Shown one piece after another: positions 61,201 to 64,000 of a stretch of DNA of 64,000 bases. The translations under genes and the position numbers were made by a program. The notes under the pieces were generated by a model that made no database searches, had not been told where the DNA came from, and worked only from the letters and a program-made list of their open reading frames with translations. Numbering within the stretch: position 1 is the stretch's first letter; every line of letters starts with the position of its first letter. Source of the DNA: Okamejei kenojei (lineage: Eukaryota); contig JAVHYY010000217.1 of the NCBI GenBank assembly GCA_035221665.1, forward strand, positions 62,001 through 126,000, read 5' to 3'.

Positions 61201-61498
61201 ATTTCCGGTAGCGATCATCCTTCTGGCGATAATCATTGTGGTTGTCTACAAACGCTGCAGAAAGTGGGGTAGGGATCCTCGGGAATTACTCGAACTCCAC
61301 GTGCCTCTCTTTACTGATCCACCGTTTGGGCGTGCCTATTGTTTGTGGGTCCGTTGGGGACGAAATGTAATGCTAACTCGAATGTGAAATCCATGTTTCA
61401 TGGCAGACAACCGGCATGGCGACGATGACTTCACCGACGCGAGGACAGGCCGAGCGGAAAACGAAGTAGGAATATTTTAACTCAATGCTTTATAGTCG

Positions 61499-61557
<59 letters not shown>

Positions 61558-62559
61558 TTTTAAGAGTTAAAGGTTTCAGAAAAGTATGAACATGCAAATC
61601 GGGATCAGGAGTTGGCTGTTGTGGTTGTGACATCAACATCAGCTCTCGTTTATCCGTGGGTAGCTATCATCAACTTTCCTATCGGTGATATCTCTGCCTT
61701 GAAATATTTACAAGCTCTGCTCACAACTCTGAGGTGGACCCGCCAAGGGGAACAACCTCCTCTGGTTCTCAAATAGGCGATTCATTGTTTAACGACGTCT
61801 CCTTGTTCTCGATTCTCCAACCCGGAGCCTTTTCCCGTTTCCTCTACCATCGGTTTTTTTTTTGAATATCTTTCATTCATTGATCTTTATCTCCCCACAT
61901 CATCTTCTATATCTCTCGTTTCCCTTTCCCGTGAGTTTCAGTCTGAAGAAGGGTGTCGACCCGAAACGTCACCCATTCCTTCTCTCCAGAGATGCTGCCT
62001 GTCCCGCTGAGCTTCTCCAGCTTATTGTGTCTATGCCAGATGTATCTGTCCATTTGGTCAGTCAATGTTTATCCTTTTTTGCCTCTTCATGTCCCGCTTC
62101 ACGGCTTATTTCCCTAGTACCCTAGTGCCATGCGTACATTTAAATCTACCGAAGGTAGACACAAAATGCTGGAGTAACTCAGCGGGACAGGCAGCGTCTC
62201 TAGAGAGAAGGAACGGGCGACGTTTCAGGTCGAAACCCTTCTTCAGACTACATGTACCGAAGTCATTTGTGACAATTGTAAAACGCGGAGGTTCCAAGAC
62301 CAATCCCGGCGGAACCCATATTTCTGAAAAAAGAGCATTTATCGCTGATATAAGCAGTTAATTTTATATTGTAATGACAATAAACCTGACACGACTTGAC
62401 CCAAATTCAACATCCTGGGTCAAACTTTGTTTTGAAAATCTAGGTGTATAACCTACCGGCATTTGCTCAAAGCAGACTTTGAAAAATTGTATCTCATTGC
62501 AGAATAACGGGTGGTCTCTGAAAGGCCCCGCAACGCTGTGTTATGATAAACCGTCATGA
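58202..62559 (+). CDS. Non-rearranging VJ-C1-TM Ig-superfamily receptor, gene 2 (~306 aa)
   Basis: Leader 58202-58262 (MAATATVSVLTICLLVQIIA), VJ exon 59411-59749, C1 exon 59834-60127, TM exon 61158-61268, cytoplasmic exon 61407-61465 (59 nt, same size and phase as in gene 1), candidate terminal exon 62503-62559 (NNGWSLKGPATLCYDKPS*). The reading frame stays open throughout. Confidence 0.87.
59411..59749 (+). CDS. Gene 2 V-set domain exon with in-frame J motif
   Basis: WQSPS..FKVDC..VFWYKR..GRFSG..YSMFINKVQRNDSGWYYCSARKYSGMPLVFGNGSKLVVT. Confidence 0.94.
59834..60127 (+). CDS. Gene 2 C1-set domain exon
   Basis: VILLTPPPDEI..VQLICLAQ..IRWNVSG..DGSHVVISHIRVPVKNWRVCTC. Follows the V exon after an 84-nt intron. 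Confidence 0.9.
61158..61268 (+). CDS. Gene 2 stalk + transmembrane exon
   Basis: AALPWGACISLQFVGFPVAIILLAIIIVVVYKRCRKW. Confidence 0.88.
61500..61556. repeat. (GT)n microsatellite
   Basis: Seen directly. Confidence 0.95.
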
Positions 62560-64000
62560 AAATACTTATGAACTCTTCATGTCAGTTCTGATCCTGTGTC
62601 TTAAGATTTTATGGTCTCACGGATTCTTGCCTTAATGTTTTGCAACCGCTTGCAGCCTGCGTCTAAACCTCAGTTTTCTCAATTTGGATAATGCCTCTGT
62701 ATTCAACGTAGACAAAAATGCTGGAGAAACTGAGCGGGTCAGGCAGCATCTATGGAGCGAAGGAATAGGGGACGTTTCGGGTTGAGACCCTTTAGCCTAT
62801 TTATAGCAACCTCTATATTCAATGGCACTTTGTTGCTACGTTGAAATTCCTCTACTGCACGCAACGTTTTGTCGGTAAACATCTTACTATACATGGGCAC
62901 AATCACCACGTTTCCGATTTCAAAGTTGTTAAAAATGTAGAGTCTTCACGGACGTAACTGCAGCGTAACTTTCACCCCCCCCCCCCCCACGTGATTCTTG
63001 TTTCTGACCTCACTATTCTAAAGCATCCTGCGGTACTCGTTCTGTGAATTGGACACCACTCTCTTAAACGCTGAAACGAAGCCGCTTATTTAAGTTAACT
63101 ATGGTTGAGTAAATCACACATGGTCACAGATCTGGTACAATCTACAACTGTGGTCCGTGTTGTCCAGACCGCACGTTTATGCCTTTTCTATCTCACATTT
63201 ATACCTCACGATGCCTCGGCAAGGCCAACAGCATAATTAAGGACGAGTCGCACTCTGGCCACTCCCTCTCCACCCTCTCCCATCGGGAAGCGTTATTTCC
63301 TTATCATGTATCTATACACTGTAAGCGGCACGGAGGTAATCATGTCTTATCTTTCTGTTGACTGGTTAGCACGTAACAAACGTTTTTTTCACTGTACATC
63401 GGTACTCGTGACAATAAACTAAACGGAACCGTTCTGAGATCTGAATGTAAAGATATTCTAGGAGATGTTTAACGGGCCGACTGGTCTCTTCCTGTTTCCA
63501 TGACCCGCTGACGGCGATCTCCCCATTCTCTCGCAGTGTGCCTACGCTGGTTTGAGATTTAACGCAGCGCGACTCAACGATCGGAGGCGCTAGAGAACTT
63601 TGTGTAACCGAGCATGACGTGGAGAGGAAGATATTCAACCCGGAAAGGCTGTCGGTGAAAGTTCCAGCAGCAAACTGCTAATTTCCTATCACCTCCTGGA
63701 TTAATTGGCAGGATGGTGCGAATCTGTTACAGATAGGCGTATATCCTTCCCAGTACCTGCCAATTTACGGTAAGTACACGCATGTACTCAGAAGAGAAAC
63801 TCTTATCCTGACCGTGTACCGGTCGACTCAACTCGTCACATCTACAAGGCAATTCCCACCGCGCTTTTGGAAACCGCATCCCAAGACGAATAACTATTCC
63901 CCATCTCGGACGATGGATTGCTATGTTCTGCTACTTTTAACCTGATCTTGTGGTTCCGATTTTATTAACCTGCTATTTCTAATTTCACTTTGCATTTCTA

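Noticed and set aside
46176-62559. Calling the Ig genes IgL, TCR, CD8 or NKp30
   Set aside because: TM plus multi-exon tail excludes IgL. No charged TM residue and no split V/J excludes a conventional TCR. The C1 domain excludes CD8 and NKp30. No gene symbol assigned.

Overview
Eukaryotic (vertebrate) genomic DNA. The repeat landscape (HE1-like V-SINEs, CR1/HER1-like LINEs, Penelope-associated inverted repeats, Rex1 and Tx1 fragments) and GC-rich low-complexity introns suggest a cartilaginous fish such as a skate or ray (inference). I could reconstruct four protein-coding genes by hand. (1) SMG5, + strand, 22 coding exons, 2662-25089. (2) PAQR6, - strand, 7 coding exons, 40217-29854, convergent with SMG5. 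(3, 4) A tandem pair of immunoglobulin-superfamily genes (46176-~55365 and 58202-~62559). Each encodes leader / single-exon germline-joined V+J domain (FGxG) / C1-set domain / Cys-containing stalk plus uncharged TM / short cytoplasmic exons. These non-rearranging antigen-receptor-like (VJ-C1-TM) genes next to SMG5-PAQR6 (human 1q22, an MHC-paralogous region) are the main candidate novel system. Secondary observations: an SMG5 uORF, an Asp-to-Asn change in the SMG5 PIN domain, echo copies of SMG5 exons and splice sites, a palindromic CTCF-like pair, hammerhead-like motifs in a dispersed repeat, and nested Tx1/CR1 insertions in receptor gene 1. There are six N-gaps and some apparently low-quality sequence. 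Most ORFs in the supplied track are low-complexity or repeat artefacts.
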